In this document: piece after piece, positions 29,642-40,838 of the stretch | Layout of the letters: the number at the start of each line of letters is the position of its first letter | How positions within the stretch are numbered: the first letter of the stretch is position 1 | Source: Mucilaginibacter sp. | GTDB lineage: Bacteria; Bacteroidota; Bacteroidia; Sphingobacteriales; Sphingobacteriaceae | NCBI RefSeq assembly: GCF_039207105.1 | Contig: NZ_JBCECK010000012.1 | Span: 2,632-66,631 of the forward strand | Direction of reading: 5' to 3' | Length of the DNA: 64,000 nucleotides | The notes under the pieces: model-generated | The model's database searches: none | The model's input: the letters and a program-made list of their open reading frames with translations, nothing else | What the model was told of the DNA's origin: nothing | Translations under genes and position numbers: made by a program

Positions 29642-31660
29642 TTACCAAATTTTTACCCTTTGATCATCGGGTTTGTAATTCTTATCGCCTGGTTGCACGT
29701 TAAAAGCTTTATAAAAAGGAGCAAAATTCATTAATGGGCCATTTACACGCCACATTGCCGGCGAATGCGGATTAGTGTTCACATAAGTACGAAGGAAGGC
29801 GTCTCTTGTTTTTACCCTCCATATTCTGGCTATTGACAGAAAGAAACGCTGGTCTGGTGTAAATCCATCAATTTTTTCAGAACCCTTTCCTAGCTGCGTC
29901 ATTTTAAATGCGTCATAAGCGATGGCAACGCCACCATTATCGGCAGTGTTTTCGCCCAATGTCAGTGCTCCCTTAATATGAACAGTGTCCAAAACAGTAA
30001 ATGAGGAGTACAGGTTAGCTAATTGCTTTGTTTTCTCACGGAACTTTTGGTAATCCTCCTTTGTCCACCAGTTTTTAACGTTACCATCCTTATCAAACTG
30101 CGCACCCTGATCATCAAAAGCATGTGTCATCTCATGGCCAATCACCATACCGATACCTCCATAATTGATCGCATCGTCAGCCGAAAAATCAAAATAGGGG
30201 AACTGCAAAATACCCGCGGGGAAAACGATCTCGTTTTTAGATGGATCATAATACGCTGTAACGGTAGCAGGCGTCGTGAACCATTCAGTTTTGTCTACCG
30301 GCTTGTTCAGCTTTGCCAGTTGAAATTGGTAGTCGTTTTTATTTAGCGAAAGCACATTTTCAAAGTATTCCGTTCTGTTGATCTGTACGTTATTGTAATC
30401 CCGCCACTTGTCAGGATAACCGATTTTTTTGGTTATAGTGTATAGCTTTTCCTTTGCTTTCTGCTTAGTACTGTCACTCATCCAGTCCAGATTATTGATC
30501 CTGTTTTCGAAAGACTTCTGGAGGTTATTCACTAATGCAAGCACACGTTTTTTTGCATCCTCGTTAAAATATCTTTTTACATACAACTGCCCCAAAGCCA
30601 TTCCCAGGTAGTTGTCCACATTTGCTGTCATAATTTGCCTGCGGGATTTTTGAGTGGCTTGCCCGGATAATACTTTATTAAATTCAAATGAGGCGTCAAT
30701 AAAAGGTTTACTGAGTATCTCAGCATAATTTTCGAGGATACTTGCCTTTAAATATACTTTCCAATCATTGATACTAACTGATTTTAGCATCGTGTTCAGC
30801 TTATCATAATAAGCAGGTTGGGCCACATCAATCGAATCGGTTGCGGCACCTAAGTCTGCAAGCAACGTACTCCAACCTATATTAGGTTGTGAGTTATTGA
30901 TAGCGGCAACAGCCATTTTATGGAAGTTGGCATTAACATCCCTTAGTTCAATATTGGTTTTATGTGATGCGGCAATTTGCTTCTCGATTTCAAAAGCTAA
31001 AGCTGCGTCCTTAATGGCAGTGGCGTGGCTATTCCCGGTTAATTCAAACAAAGTTCTGATATATTCTTTATAAGCTTGTTGAATGTGCAGGGTAGGTGAA
31101 TCGGTTTTAAAATAATAATCTCTATCAGGTAAACCGATGCCTCCCTGGTAAATATGCGCAATATTGATGCTGCTATTTTTATTGTCGGGAGCAATGCCCA
31201 AGCTAATGATGGAGCGATTGCCTGATTTTAATTCCCTTGCCACAAATTTGAGTAATGATGGTACATCATTAATGGCATCAATACCTGAGAGTATTGATTT
31301 AATGGGCTGATATCCGCGATGGTTGATCGTTGTCATATCCATACCTGACGCGTAGAAGTCGCCCACTTTTTGCTCAATGCTTCCCGCCGGGTTGTTGGTT
31401 TTTGAAACACTGTCCAGGATATTTTGCAACAGTATTTTTTGCGGGATATTCAGGAACGAATAAGAACCCACACCTGATTGATCGTCGGCGATTTTTACAG
31501 TATCATACCAGCGTGCATTAACGAAGCGAAAGAAATTATCACCTGGTTTAATTTGCGGGTTTAATCCGGCTACATCAACAAAACTTGTCTTTTGGGCATA
31601 TGAATAGTTCCATACGCTTAAAAATACTGCCGTTAAACACAAGCAAAATGACTTTTTCAT
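29642..31660 (-). CDS. pepO: M13 (neprilysin/PepO-like) metalloendopeptidase, secreted
   Basis: Signal peptide; GDNFFRFVN; NEIVFPAGILQ; HEMTH; GENTAD; PHSP. Confidence 0.9.
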   Translation of the reverse strand: MKKSFCLCLTAVFLSVWNYSYAQKTSFVDVAGLNPQIKPGDNFFRFVNARWYDTVKIADDQSGVGSYSFLNIPQKILLQNILDSVSKTNNPAGSIEQKVGDFYASGMDMTTINHRGYQPIKSILSGIDAINDVPSLLKFVARELKSGNRSIISLGIAPDNKNSSINIAHIYQGGIGLPDRDYYFKTDSPTLHIQQAYKEYIRTLFELTGNSHATAIKDAALAFEIEKQIAASHKTNIELRDVNANFHKMAVAAINNSQPNIGWSTLLADLGAATDSIDVAQPAYYDKLNTMLKSVSINDWKVYLKASILENYAEILSKPFIDASFEFNKVLSGQATQKSRRQIMTANVDNYLGMALGQLYVKRYFNEDAKKRVLALVNNLQKSFENRINNLDWMSDSTKQKAKEKLYTITKKIGYPDKWRDYNNVQINRTEYFENVLSLNKNDYQFQLAKLNKPVDKTEWFTTPATVTAYYDPSKNEIVFPAGILQFPYFDFSADDAINYGGIGMVIGHEMTHAFDDQGAQFDKDGNVKNWWTKEDYQKFREKTKQLANLYSSFTVLDTVHIKGALTLGENTADNGGVAIAYDAFKMTQLGKGSEKIDGFTPDQRFFLSIARIWRVKTRDAFLRTYVNTNPHSPAMWRVNGPLMNFAPFYKAFNVQPGDKNYKPDDQRVKIW

Positions 31661-31943
31661 AAGTTGAAAATTTGGTTAAAGATATTAAATTTTCATACTC
31701 CGAAAAAAAAGCAACCGAGCCGATATTTTTTATGCTTTCATATTGTTTTATTCGGGCTAAATACCGTGTTGAAAAAGTTTTTTAACTCATCAATATTACC
31801 GGAAATTAATATGTTTTTAGGGTTGTTGTTATTCAAAATGATACGAAAACGAGAATTTCTGCCCTGCTATAATAACAGAAGCCTTATTATATTTATCATA
31901 TTAAATAATATTTCTATCTCAGGAAATATTCGCCAACAAACCT

Positions 31944-32243
31944 ATGGAAAAACTTGAAAACGAGTTAGCTCAGGTTCGCCTTCAGTTAAAGCGTATTACG
32001 ACCTTTTCGAAACATAACAGCGATCTGCTGGCCGATATCGCTCATCAATACGATAATATTATTACGAAATTATATAAGGCTAAGCCTTCAATTTACCTGC
32101 AATCAAAACAGGATTGCTGCGCTGCTATAGGCAAGCTGGAATTATTGAGAAATCATGATGCTTTAACCAAACGAAATGCCTTCAATATCATCAAAAGGAC
32201 ACTTCTTCGATCAATAGCCAGAGACCTGATCATTATTAACTAA
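31944..32243 (+). CDS. Hypothetical 99-aa helical protein
   Basis: ATG after an A-rich leader, not overlapping other genes, followed by a hairpin; no recognisable motif. Confidence 0.5.
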   Translation: MEKLENELAQVRLQLKRITTFSKHNSDLLADIAHQYDNIITKLYKAKPSIYLQSKQDCCAAIGKLELLRNHDALTKRNAFNIIKRTLLRSIARDLIIIN

Positions 32244-32268
32244 CTACCTCTCTATATAGATTTTTAAG

Positions 32269-32307
32269 GAATATTTGGTAACCTAAATTATAGGTTACCA
32301 AATATTC
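32269..32307. terminator. Perfect AT-rich hairpin between convergent genes
   Basis: GAATATTTGGTAACCTA-aatta-TAGGTTACCAAATATTC (17-bp arms). Confidence 0.6.
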
Positions 32308-32347
32308 TCAGGATTGATATTCTGCATAAAACTCCCAAAATGTAATT

Positions 32348-34615
32348 TTAAGGCATTGGTGCTGCGGATGGGGGCGGCGAGCTTGCTCCCCAGTTTTTAT
32401 TGGCAACCGGCCCCATCACCAATTCCAGCGTACCGCCATTGGCGATGTCGCTATGGCTAAACCAGGGCTTGTCCCATACCTTTCCATTTAATTTGGCCGA
32501 TTGTATGTACTTATTATTGAATGAGGCATTCTGTGCCTTAATTTCAAAAAAATGGCCATTTCCTAAGTTTATTTTTACATACGGAAAGCAAGGGCTGCCA
32601 ATGTTATAGGTAGGAGATCCCGGTGTAACCGGGTAAAAGCCCATTTGGCTAAATACCACAAAAGCGGTCATGCCACCACCATCCTCATCACCTGGAACGC
32701 CCATCAGGTCATTCCGGTACCATTCATCCAGTAATGAACGAATGCGTTTTTGAGTACGCCAGGGAGCTCCCGCGTAATTGTATAAATACGGAATATGAAA
32801 GCTTGGCTCATTAGCCATAGAAAACATTCCTACGTTACCCGTATGATCGGGTAAAATATTGTAGAAACTCCAGCGCGACATAGGATAGGGTTCGTTAAAC
32901 ATATTTTCTAATGCGTCAACAAACTTTTCGTTACCACCCACCAGAGAAACCAGGTCGCCTATATTGTGCTGCACATCCCAGCGGTAAATGTAGCCGTTGT
33001 TTTCATCATAATATTCGCGGGCTCCGGGGCCACCTGAGGTGCGGTAATCCAGCGGTTCAATGAAATTGCCGTCTTTATCCTTCGGGTGAAAGAAACCTGT
33101 TTTCGGGTTAAAAACATGGCGATAATTGTACGAAGCACGGAGATAATGATCTGCGTCTTTTTTATTTCCCAATCCGAGGGCTATTTGCGAAAGGCACCAT
33201 TCATCAAAAGAAGTTCCGAGCGTGACTGCGATGGGCTGACGTTTTTCCCAGCTATTCACGTTTGCGACAGTTTCTTTTTCACCGGGTTTCAAAGCGGGGA
33301 AATAACCATTCTTTTTATAAAAGTCATCCAGCTCGCCTGCCGGTACCGCATGCGACCAGGGTAATAACGATTTATCTTCAATGGCGCCCTTACAAACTTC
33401 GTAAGCTTTTGCCAGATCAAATCCCCTCAGGCCTTTATTCCAGGCATCTGCAATGGTAGCCACGCCGTGATTGCAATTCATACCGCGATCGTCGCCGTCA
33501 ATACCAGGAAAGGTGGGCATCCAGTTTTCGCCGGTTTGTTGCGCCATCAGGATGTACGAACGCAAAATATCATTTTCGGCAGCTTTATTGATTAAAATGC
33601 GTAAAGGATGAGCTGCACGGTAGGTATCCCAAAGCCAATCGTCGGTAAAAAATGGGTGACCTTCGTCCTGATGCACTTTTCCGTCTGATGCGCTGAAATA
33701 CTGGCCATCTTCGCTGATGCATACCGGCCGTTCATAAGTGCGGTACAGCGATGTGTAAAAAACGGTAGTTTCTTTATCTGAGGCACCTGATGCCGCTATT
33801 TTACCCAGAGCCTCGTTCCAAATATTACGACCTTTTAAGGCTACGGCATTTACATCATAACCTTTAATTTCGCGCTCAAGGTTTTTCTTCGCCTGGTCTA
33901 CACTGATGAAAGATACACCGTAACGGATGCCTATCTTTTTTGTTCCGGCAGGATACAGCAGCGCTAAAGAAGCCGCGGGCTCGGCGTCCCATGTTACCTT
34001 GCCACTTGCGGGCACACCTGTTTTAACCGGAGCTACATCTGTTACCGCGTAAACATAAACAGCTGTTTTATTGTCCAACTCCTGATGACCGCTGATTACT
34101 TTGCCGTTTGCTTTTATTTGGCCGCGTCTGCAGTTAAATACAAGATAAGGTGCACCTTGTTTATCAAATGATATTTGATAAACAGCACTCTGATGCGAAG
34201 GCGCAAAGTCAACACCGATGTTTAATTCGTCAAGGTATACCTGATAACGGTAGGGGGTGACTTTTTCCTGATCGTAGCTTAAATTTAATTTTGGTGATAT
34301 GCCGCTTTCATCGCCCTGGTAAGGGTAAAAATTAAAGGTTGACCTGGAACGGTGATGAGTAACTATTAAAGGTAAGCCGCCCAGGTGGTTGCTGGTGTAA
34401 TCGTTACGTACCGGGAAAACACGCATCATGCTGTTGGGTAAGTGCGTAGTTGGATAGGTAGGTACCAGCATATGGCTGATGTTACCGATATAAGGGTTAA
34501 CGTAATCCACAGGCTCTTTGGCAGCAGCTTTTGGGAGTTTGGGTACATCGGCTGCTGTTGCTGTAAAAATTCCTATAAACCCTATAAGGGCTAATAACGA
34601 TTTGGCTTTGGTCAT
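32348..34615 (-). CDS. GH92 alpha-mannosidase
   Basis: VDYVNPYIG; WLWDTYRA; TLGTSFDEW; ANEPSFHIPY; GDEDGGGMTAF. Confidence 0.92.
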   Translation of the reverse strand: MTKAKSLLALIGFIGIFTATAADVPKLPKAAAKEPVDYVNPYIGNISHMLVPTYPTTHLPNSMMRVFPVRNDYTSNHLGGLPLIVTHHRSRSTFNFYPYQGDESGISPKLNLSYDQEKVTPYRYQVYLDELNIGVDFAPSHQSAVYQISFDKQGAPYLVFNCRRGQIKANGKVISGHQELDNKTAVYVYAVTDVAPVKTGVPASGKVTWDAEPAASLALLYPAGTKKIGIRYGVSFISVDQAKKNLEREIKGYDVNAVALKGRNIWNEALGKIAASGASDKETTVFYTSLYRTYERPVCISEDGQYFSASDGKVHQDEGHPFFTDDWLWDTYRAAHPLRILINKAAENDILRSYILMAQQTGENWMPTFPGIDGDDRGMNCNHGVATIADAWNKGLRGFDLAKAYEVCKGAIEDKSLLPWSHAVPAGELDDFYKKNGYFPALKPGEKETVANVNSWEKRQPIAVTLGTSFDEWCLSQIALGLGNKKDADHYLRASYNYRHVFNPKTGFFHPKDKDGNFIEPLDYRTSGGPGAREYYDENNGYIYRWDVQHNIGDLVSLVGGNEKFVDALENMFNEPYPMSRWSFYNILPDHTGNVGMFSMANEPSFHIPYLYNYAGAPWRTQKRIRSLLDEWYRNDLMGVPGDEDGGGMTAFVVFSQMGFYPVTPGSPTYNIGSPCFPYVKINLGNGHFFEIKAQNASFNNKYIQSAKLNGKVWDKPWFSHSDIANGGTLELVMGPVANKNWGASSPPPSAAPMP

Positions 34616-34756
34616 GAGTAGCTAATTTATAGGATAAATTTAGCAAGGTTTAATGAATCTTGAAGACAAATTACCGAATTGAAAAAATATTAAAAATGAT
34701 CAAATCCAATTTTGAGAATAAGCAACAGGGTAGGTATAAATGATTTTCGCTGTCGT

Positions 34757-35806
34757 TTACTTAACCGGGTTATCAAACAAAGGCACCGTGAACTGGCTAT
34801 CGCCGTCAGTTTCGTTTGCTTTGGCATAAGGTGAGAATGTGCGAACAGACAGCTCATTGTTTTTTACCGAGAATTTATACAAGCGCATTAATCCGTTGCC
34901 GCCATTTGGCCGGCTTTGATAATCGCTTAAAAAGGCTTTGATGGTATGGCCATTGTAGGTTTCAGCACGATATCCTTCTCCATTGTCGCCAACGTGGCCG
35001 CAAAGCATCATAAACAGATTCGGGTTGTCTTTTAAAGCCTCATAAATAGCCTTACCTTCTGCGTTGAATGGTGCCTGTGGGGTAAGAGACCCGGCTACAG
35101 GAGCATAGTACAGAATTGAGTGGCTCACCACAATAGCTTTGCGAGATGAATTTTTCTTAAGCACATCGTTTGCCCAACCGTATAATTTTGCCTGATCTTC
35201 ATTATGCGAGTCAAACTCCAGAAACAATACGATAAAATCTGCGCCACCGGCGGTAAACAAGTCATAGTGACTGTCATTATTATTGCCGTAATGGCCACCA
35301 TAATAAGGCCTGCCTTCAAAGTGCGGAACGCCAAAATATTTATTATACCCATTGGTAGTACCGCTAACCGGGTATTGCGACGGAAACTGATCATGATTAC
35401 CTACGCTTAGTCCATAAGGAATACTCACCGGGTTTTCTAAACCATACAATGCCGTTTTGGCCAGATACCATTCCGATCTGTTTGTTACCGGATTATCGCC
35501 ATGTTCGGTAATATCGCCCATGTGGGCAACGTAAGCGATATTTTCTTTCTGCTGGTTTTTTTGTATCCACTCAATCTGCGCTTTAAACATTTCAAAGGTA
35601 CCGCCAAGCTGTGCCTGAGCCAGGTAGTACTGGGTATCTGGTAATACGGCGATGCTAAAATCGCCAGGTTTAACCACGGCAGCAGTGCCAGGCACGTTCA
35701 GAACGGTATCAATCCATGTAGCAGCATTTGCCGCTGTTTGGTTACCAAGTGAAAGCATGCCTGTAGCCAATGATGCTAATGCTATATTTTTAAGTGATGT
35801 TGCCAT
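34757..35806 (-). CDS. Secreted calcineurin-like metallophosphoesterase
   Basis: Signal-like N-terminus; LPDTQ, GDITEH, VGNHD, VSH, LCGH motifs. Confidence 0.85.
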   Translation of the reverse strand: MATSLKNIALASLATGMLSLGNQTAANAATWIDTVLNVPGTAAVVKPGDFSIAVLPDTQYYLAQAQLGGTFEMFKAQIEWIQKNQQKENIAYVAHMGDITEHGDNPVTNRSEWYLAKTALYGLENPVSIPYGLSVGNHDQFPSQYPVSGTTNGYNKYFGVPHFEGRPYYGGHYGNNNDSHYDLFTAGGADFIVLFLEFDSHNEDQAKLYGWANDVLKKNSSRKAIVVSHSILYYAPVAGSLTPQAPFNAEGKAIYEALKDNPNLFMMLCGHVGDNGEGYRAETYNGHTIKAFLSDYQSRPNGGNGLMRLYKFSVKNNELSVRTFSPYAKANETDGDSQFTVPLFDNPVK

Positions 35807-35824
35807 TTTATGTTTTAAGATGAA

Positions 35825-35855
35825 ATCCCCCGTTGCTTGAAAGGCAACGGGGGAT
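35825..35855 (-). other. Intra-operon hairpin between susD and the phosphoesterase gene
   Basis: ATCCCCCGTTGC/GCAACGGGGGAT 12-bp stem with a weak U-tract. Confidence 0.6.
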
Positions 35856-35867
35856 AATAAGTTTTAA

Positions 35868-37406
35868 TTAATAACCCGGGTTTTGTGTAAGCTTTGTGTT
35901 CAGGCCTACCTCGGCCTGGGGTAGCGGGTATAGCAATTTATCGTTGGTAACGATGTATGAATCTGGTGAAATATAGCTGATCTGGGTTTTCAGCTTAACG
36001 CCAAAAGCATTCATTACCGTAATTGCATTGCCGGTACGCACCAGATCATGCCAGCGTTTGTTTTCAAAAGCCAGTTCAATGCGGCGCTCATGCAAAATAG
36101 AATTGCGCAAGGTTGTTTGGTCGGCGCCGGTTACAGCAGGCAGACCGGCACGGGCACGAACAGTATTTAACGCGATCAATGGCGATTTGCCCTGCTCGTT
36201 CTGAGCTTCGGCCAATAATAACAGGGCCTCGGAGTAACGATAGATCGGGAAATCATCGGCAGAACCTGATATGTAAGCCGGTGTATGCTCATATTTTTTA
36301 ACATAGGGCACAGCAGTTTTGCCGCTTGGCGGTCCGCTGTAGTTTACCACGCTTTTTGCAGCCGAATAAGTAAAATAGTTACTGCCATCGTATACTCCTT
36401 CGGCAATACCGATGGATGCATCAAGGCGCTTATCACCGGTTTCGTAACTACTGATCAAATCCTGGGTGGGGGTATTCCAACCACCAGTGGTGGTATTATC
36501 AATAGCCAGGGAAGTAATTAACGATGTGTTTTTACTGCGCGGCAGGAAATGAAAACACAATGAATCTGGCGTAGAGCCGGTGGCTGTTCCATCTAAAAAC
36601 TGCACCTCGAACAACGACTCTTTGCTGTTTTTATTGGCAGGTAAAAAGGTATCGGCATAATTGGCATTTAAACTGTATCCCATAGCCGCTAAGGTGTTTA
36701 ATTGTGTCTCAGCATCAGCCCAGCGTTTTAACGTTACGTAAACATCTGCCAGCAATACGGTAGCCGAACCTTTGGTAGCTACACCCGTTTGCGGAAACTT
36801 TGTTGGCACCGGCAGTTCGTTTATGGCATCTGTAGCATCAGCAATGATCTGTTTATATACATCATTTACAGACGAGCGTGGCAAAAAGGCATCCTCCGGC
36901 GTGGTCACTTCTTTAACAAACAGGGGGACACCACCAAACAACCGCACCAGTTTAAAATACATCAGCGCACGCAAAAATTTACATTGCCCATCATAGCTTT
37001 TCACCGAAGCATCGGGAATACCAGATGCGGTTTTCAGCCTTGTGATCACAATATTGGCACGTGAAATTACCAGATAAGTTTTTTGCCATTCGGCGGCTGT
37101 ATAGCTATCGGTTGAGGCATCCATAAAATCAGAAAGCTTTTCGCGATCTGTATATGCTGTACCCCTGTTATTTAAAAATGATTGATATATGGTGTTATCT
37201 GAGCGCATTTCAGAAAACAGGTAGTCCGTTGTAACTACATAGCGCAAAGCTGAATAAGCAGCCGTAACCGCCTGCCCAAACTGGGCATCGGTTTGGTAAT
37301 AGTTTTGATCGCTGTATGATGATTTGGGCGCTAAGTCAATAAAGCTTTTTTTGCATGAGGCTGCTGTCAATAATACCAGCCCCATCAAAATATATATTTT
37401 TTTCAT
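35868..37406 (-). CDS. susD: RagB/SusD family lipoprotein
   Basis: AASCKK lipobox; GQCKFLRALMYF; YRYSEALLLLAEA; ERRIELAFE..RWHDLVR; QNPGY end. Confidence 0.94.
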   Translation of the reverse strand: MKKIYILMGLVLLTAASCKKSFIDLAPKSSYSDQNYYQTDAQFGQAVTAAYSALRYVVTTDYLFSEMRSDNTIYQSFLNNRGTAYTDREKLSDFMDASTDSYTAAEWQKTYLVISRANIVITRLKTASGIPDASVKSYDGQCKFLRALMYFKLVRLFGGVPLFVKEVTTPEDAFLPRSSVNDVYKQIIADATDAINELPVPTKFPQTGVATKGSATVLLADVYVTLKRWADAETQLNTLAAMGYSLNANYADTFLPANKNSKESLFEVQFLDGTATGSTPDSLCFHFLPRSKNTSLITSLAIDNTTTGGWNTPTQDLISSYETGDKRLDASIGIAEGVYDGSNYFTYSAAKSVVNYSGPPSGKTAVPYVKKYEHTPAYISGSADDFPIYRYSEALLLLAEAQNEQGKSPLIALNTVRARAGLPAVTGADQTTLRNSILHERRIELAFENKRWHDLVRTGNAITVMNAFGVKLKTQISYISPDSYIVTNDKLLYPLPQAEVGLNTKLTQNPGY

Positions 37407-37433
37407 TATGCTCTTTTTAAGTTTTGATTTTGA

Positions 37434-40400
37434 TTATTTTATAGAGGCTGAAATACCTAATGAGAAAGTCCTTGGGATTGGATAGGCGTTTTCATCAATA
37501 CCGATACCTTGCGTTGGGTCTTGTCCGGTGAGGTTAATTTCCGGATTCATGCCTGAATAACCTGTAAATACAAATGCCTGTTGTACTGAGGCAAAAACGC
37601 GAAGCGATTTAAAAGCGATATTATTTTTAAACGGTATACTATAACCCAGCGAAATATTTTTGATGGCGAAGTATGAGCCGTTCTCTATCCATTGTGTGTT
37701 TACTTCACGGCCTATTGCTGTGGTACCTGTTTTAGTACGCGGGTAAATGCCCGAGCCCGGATCTTCAGGAGAACGCCAGTGGTCAAGCGCTGCCACCAGC
37801 GGCACACGTGAACCGTCCATATTGGTTTGATAAGCCCATTTTGCAGCATTCAGGATTTTCCCTCCTACAGAAAATGAGGTATGTATATTCAGGTCGAACC
37901 GCTTGTAGGTAAAGTTGTTGGTAAAACCACCTGTAAAAGTAGGGGTAGGGTCGCCGATAAATGTACGGTCGTTCACATCATCAATCACACCGTCGCCATT
38001 AAGGTCTTTAACTTTGATGGTTCCTACATCTGATGAGCCATTAGGCGAGGTAGCTGTTGCAAGGTACTTTGGTGAGTTGGCCAGATCGGCCGCGTCTTTA
38101 TACAAGCCTTCAAAAACAAAGCCGTAAAACTCACCCAAATGATGGCCAACCTGCTGGCGGAAATAATCGGATGTTACGGTATTATTTCTGCGGATGTAAC
38201 CAGGTGATACCAAACTCTTGATAATGTTACGATCAAATGAAATATTGAAAGCGCTGTTCCATTTAAAATCGCGGTTATTGATGTTAACAGTGTTGATGGT
38301 AATTTCATGACCCCAGAACGCCAGCTTACCAACGTTATCATAAACTGTTGTATAGCCCGATGAGGTTGGCAATGGCCTTGCCTGTATCAGGTGGTCAGAA
38401 ATTTTGTGATAATAATCATACGTCAAACTGATACGGTTTTTCAATAAGCTTACGTCAAAGCCCAAATCAAGTTGCAAACTGCGCTCCCATTGTAAATTGG
38501 CATTACCCAAATTGCTGATCGTAGTACCCTGTGTAATGGTATTATTATAATCGTAATAGTAATTTGAGGTAGTAGATTGCGCTACATAATTACTCGAAAA
38601 GAAGTTGTTACCTGTTACACCGTAGCTGGCACGAATTTTAAACAGATCTACGTTTTTAAAACGCTCCATAAATTTCTCGTCGCTTACTACCCAGCCTGCT
38701 GATACTGAAGGGAAATTACCGTATTTGGAATTTGCGCCAAAACGCGAAGATCCATCGTTACGGAATGCACCCTGCAATAGATATTTGCCTTGATAATCAT
38801 AGTTAATACGCCCGATGACAGATAACAATGAATAATCTGTATAGCTACTATTTCCGGTTACGCTTGTAGCCGCGGTTAAATATGGGATATCGTCATTAGG
38901 GAAGCCTAAGCCGGTTAGCGTATTAGCAGTTGAAGAATATTTTTGAACAGAATAGCCGCCTAATACCTGCAGGTGATGATCCTGATGAAATGTTTTCGTG
39001 TAGTTCAGGTATCCCTCGGCTGTATATGAACCATTATCTACCGAACTACTGGTACCGGTTGGGTTATTAGCTGTAGAAGTTACGATACCTGATTGATAAT
39101 AGTTACGTGTTTCGCCGCCTTTATCAACACCTACGTTTACCTTTAACATTAAGCCATTTAAAACCTCGTAATTCAAATAGCCATTTCCCAGTATGCGCGT
39201 GGTTTTATAATCATCATTGGTTAATTTAAACTGGGCCAGCGGATTAACATAGGCAACCATACCCGGCGAGTTTACTACACGGTTATAAGAACCATCGGCA
39301 TTGAAAGGGGAAATCAGGGGACTGGCTTCAAAAATACGCTCGAATAAGCCGCCCACACCATCGGTTGTTAAACGGTTATTATGGTCTAAACGGTAACTCG
39401 GCGCCAGGTTGAAACCGATTTTTAGCTTGCCATTAGCTACAGATACATCTTTATTGATTCGTGCGGAAAATAAGCGCGTGCCGGTGTTGATTAAAACACC
39501 CTGCTGGTCTGAGTAGCTTACAATAGCTGTTGAAGATGATTTTTCTGTTGCCGACTGAATAGTTACATCGTAGTTCTGGATAGGTGCGGTACGTGTAAGC
39601 AACTTATACCAGTTGGTACCGGTACCATAACTTGAGGGATCTACATCAAGGTAAGCGGCCTTGTAGTCATTAGCTATGTTATAATTTTTTTCATATAATA
39701 AACCATCCTGCGCGCGTTCTCTCATAAACTCGGCAAATTGCTCGGCGTTCATCACTTTTGGCACCTTGTTGCCAGGGATAGATTGTACACCGTAGTTAGC
39801 ATTAAATTCTACCGAAGTACCTGTACCCGGTTTAGCGTGGCGGGTTGTTATCAATATTACACCGTTTGATGCTCTTGAACCGTATAGGGCCGTGGCTGAA
39901 GCATCTTTTAGAATACTAAAGCTCTCAATTTCATCGGGGTTAATATTGTTGATGCTTCCGGTTATGGGCATTCCGTCAATTACAAACAGAGGTTGGTTAT
40001 CAGTAAAAAATGACGCGGCACCCCTGATACGGAAATCTATACCCCTGCCCGGCTGGCCGCTGCTTTGTACCACTGATACACCGGCCACTTTTCCTTCCAG
40101 TTGCTGTGCAAACTGTATTACCGGCATATCTTTTAAAGGAGCCGCGCTTAACTCAGTTATTGAACCTGTAATATCACGGGCACGTTGTTTACCATAACTT
40201 ACGGTAACCTCTTTAAGCAAGTTACCGCCTGTTAGGCTCACGTTAAGCGTAGCCGTTTTATTAGCTGCAACTTTTACATCCTTAGTTTCGTTTTTGGAGT
40301 AACCAACAAAAGTTACCTCAATGGTATAGGTGCCTTCGGGTACGGTAAGCGTGTAGTTGCCATCATTATTGGTCATTACGCCGGTACCTGTACCGGCAAT

Positions 40401-40826
40401 TTTTACCGATGCACCTGGTAAGGGCGCACCTGTTTCGTCGGTAATGCGGCCGGCAATTTTGCCTGAGCCTTGTTTAAATAACAGGATGTTTCCGGCTTCT
40501 TCTTTAAAACCGATGCCAGAGTATCTTAAAACGTTGGTGAGTACTGTTTCAAGAGGGGCATTGGTAAAGCTGGCGGGTTTTACATAAATATTTTTTAACC
40601 CGAGGTAGGCTTCATCGTAGGCAAATATCAGGTTAGATTTGCTTTCGATATTTTTAATTACTGTCGACAAATTTTCGTTGCCAACTGACACATTGATGCG
40701 GCTGTTAAGGCCCTGAGCCTTAACATTTGCTGCCTGCACATACAGCAGCCCAACGGTGAGCAGGATACTAAATGCTAAAATAGTAGTTCGCATAAATTGC
40801 TTCCATAACAGTGTATAGAAATTCAT
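37434..40826 (-). CDS. susC: SusC/RagA TonB-dependent transporter with STN domain
   Basis: STN-like N-terminus; IESFSILKDASATALYGSRASNGVILITT; WERSLQ; start uncertain (ATG 40826 preferred; track uses TTG 40901). Confidence 0.94.
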   Translation of the reverse strand: MNFYTLLWKQFMRTTILAFSILLTVGLLYVQAANVKAQGLNSRINVSVGNENLSTVIKNIESKSNLIFAYDEAYLGLKNIYVKPASFTNAPLETVLTNVLRYSGIGFKEEAGNILLFKQGSGKIAGRITDETGAPLPGASVKIAGTGTGVMTNNDGNYTLTVPEGTYTIEVTFVGYSKNETKDVKVAANKTATLNVSLTGGNLLKEVTVSYGKQRARDITGSITELSAAPLKDMPVIQFAQQLEGKVAGVSVVQSSGQPGRGIDFRIRGAASFFTDNQPLFVIDGMPITGSINNINPDEIESFSILKDASATALYGSRASNGVILITTRHAKPGTGTSVEFNANYGVQSIPGNKVPKVMNAEQFAEFMRERAQDGLLYEKNYNIANDYKAAYLDVDPSSYGTGTNWYKLLTRTAPIQNYDVTIQSATEKSSSTAIVSYSDQQGVLINTGTRLFSARINKDVSVANGKLKIGFNLAPSYRLDHNNRLTTDGVGGLFERIFEASPLISPFNADGSYNRVVNSPGMVAYVNPLAQFKLTNDDYKTTRILGNGYLNYEVLNGLMLKVNVGVDKGGETRNYYQSGIVTSTANNPTGTSSSVDNGSYTAEGYLNYTKTFHQDHHLQVLGGYSVQKYSSTANTLTGLGFPNDDIPYLTAATSVTGNSSYTDYSLLSVIGRINYDYQGKYLLQGAFRNDGSSRFGANSKYGNFPSVSAGWVVSDEKFMERFKNVDLFKIRASYGVTGNNFFSSNYVAQSTTSNYYYDYNNTITQGTTISNLGNANLQWERSLQLDLGFDVSLLKNRISLTYDYYHKISDHLIQARPLPTSSGYTTVYDNVGKLAFWGHEITINTVNINNRDFKWNSAFNISFDRNIIKSLVSPGYIRRNNTVTSDYFRQQVGHHLGEFYGFVFEGLYKDAADLANSPKYLATATSPNGSSDVGTIKVKDLNGDGVIDDVNDRTFIGDPTPTFTGGFTNNFTYKRFDLNIHTSFSVGGKILNAAKWAYQTNMDGSRVPLVAALDHWRSPEDPGSGIYPRTKTGTTAIGREVNTQWIENGSYFAIKNISLGYSIPFKNNIAFKSLRVFASVQQAFVFTGYSGMNPEINLTGQDPTQGIGIDENAYPIPRTFSLGISASIK

Positions 40827-40838
40827 ATTTTTGATTGC

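Noticed and set aside
31664-31957. 97-aa TTG-start ORF
   Set aside because: AT-rich divergent promoter region; overlaps the better ORF at 31944
32348-34615. GH92 as a mannose-1-phosphate uncapping enzyme (CcGH92_5 type)
   Set aside because: That subtype replaces the catalytic acid Glu with Gln; this protein keeps N-E-P
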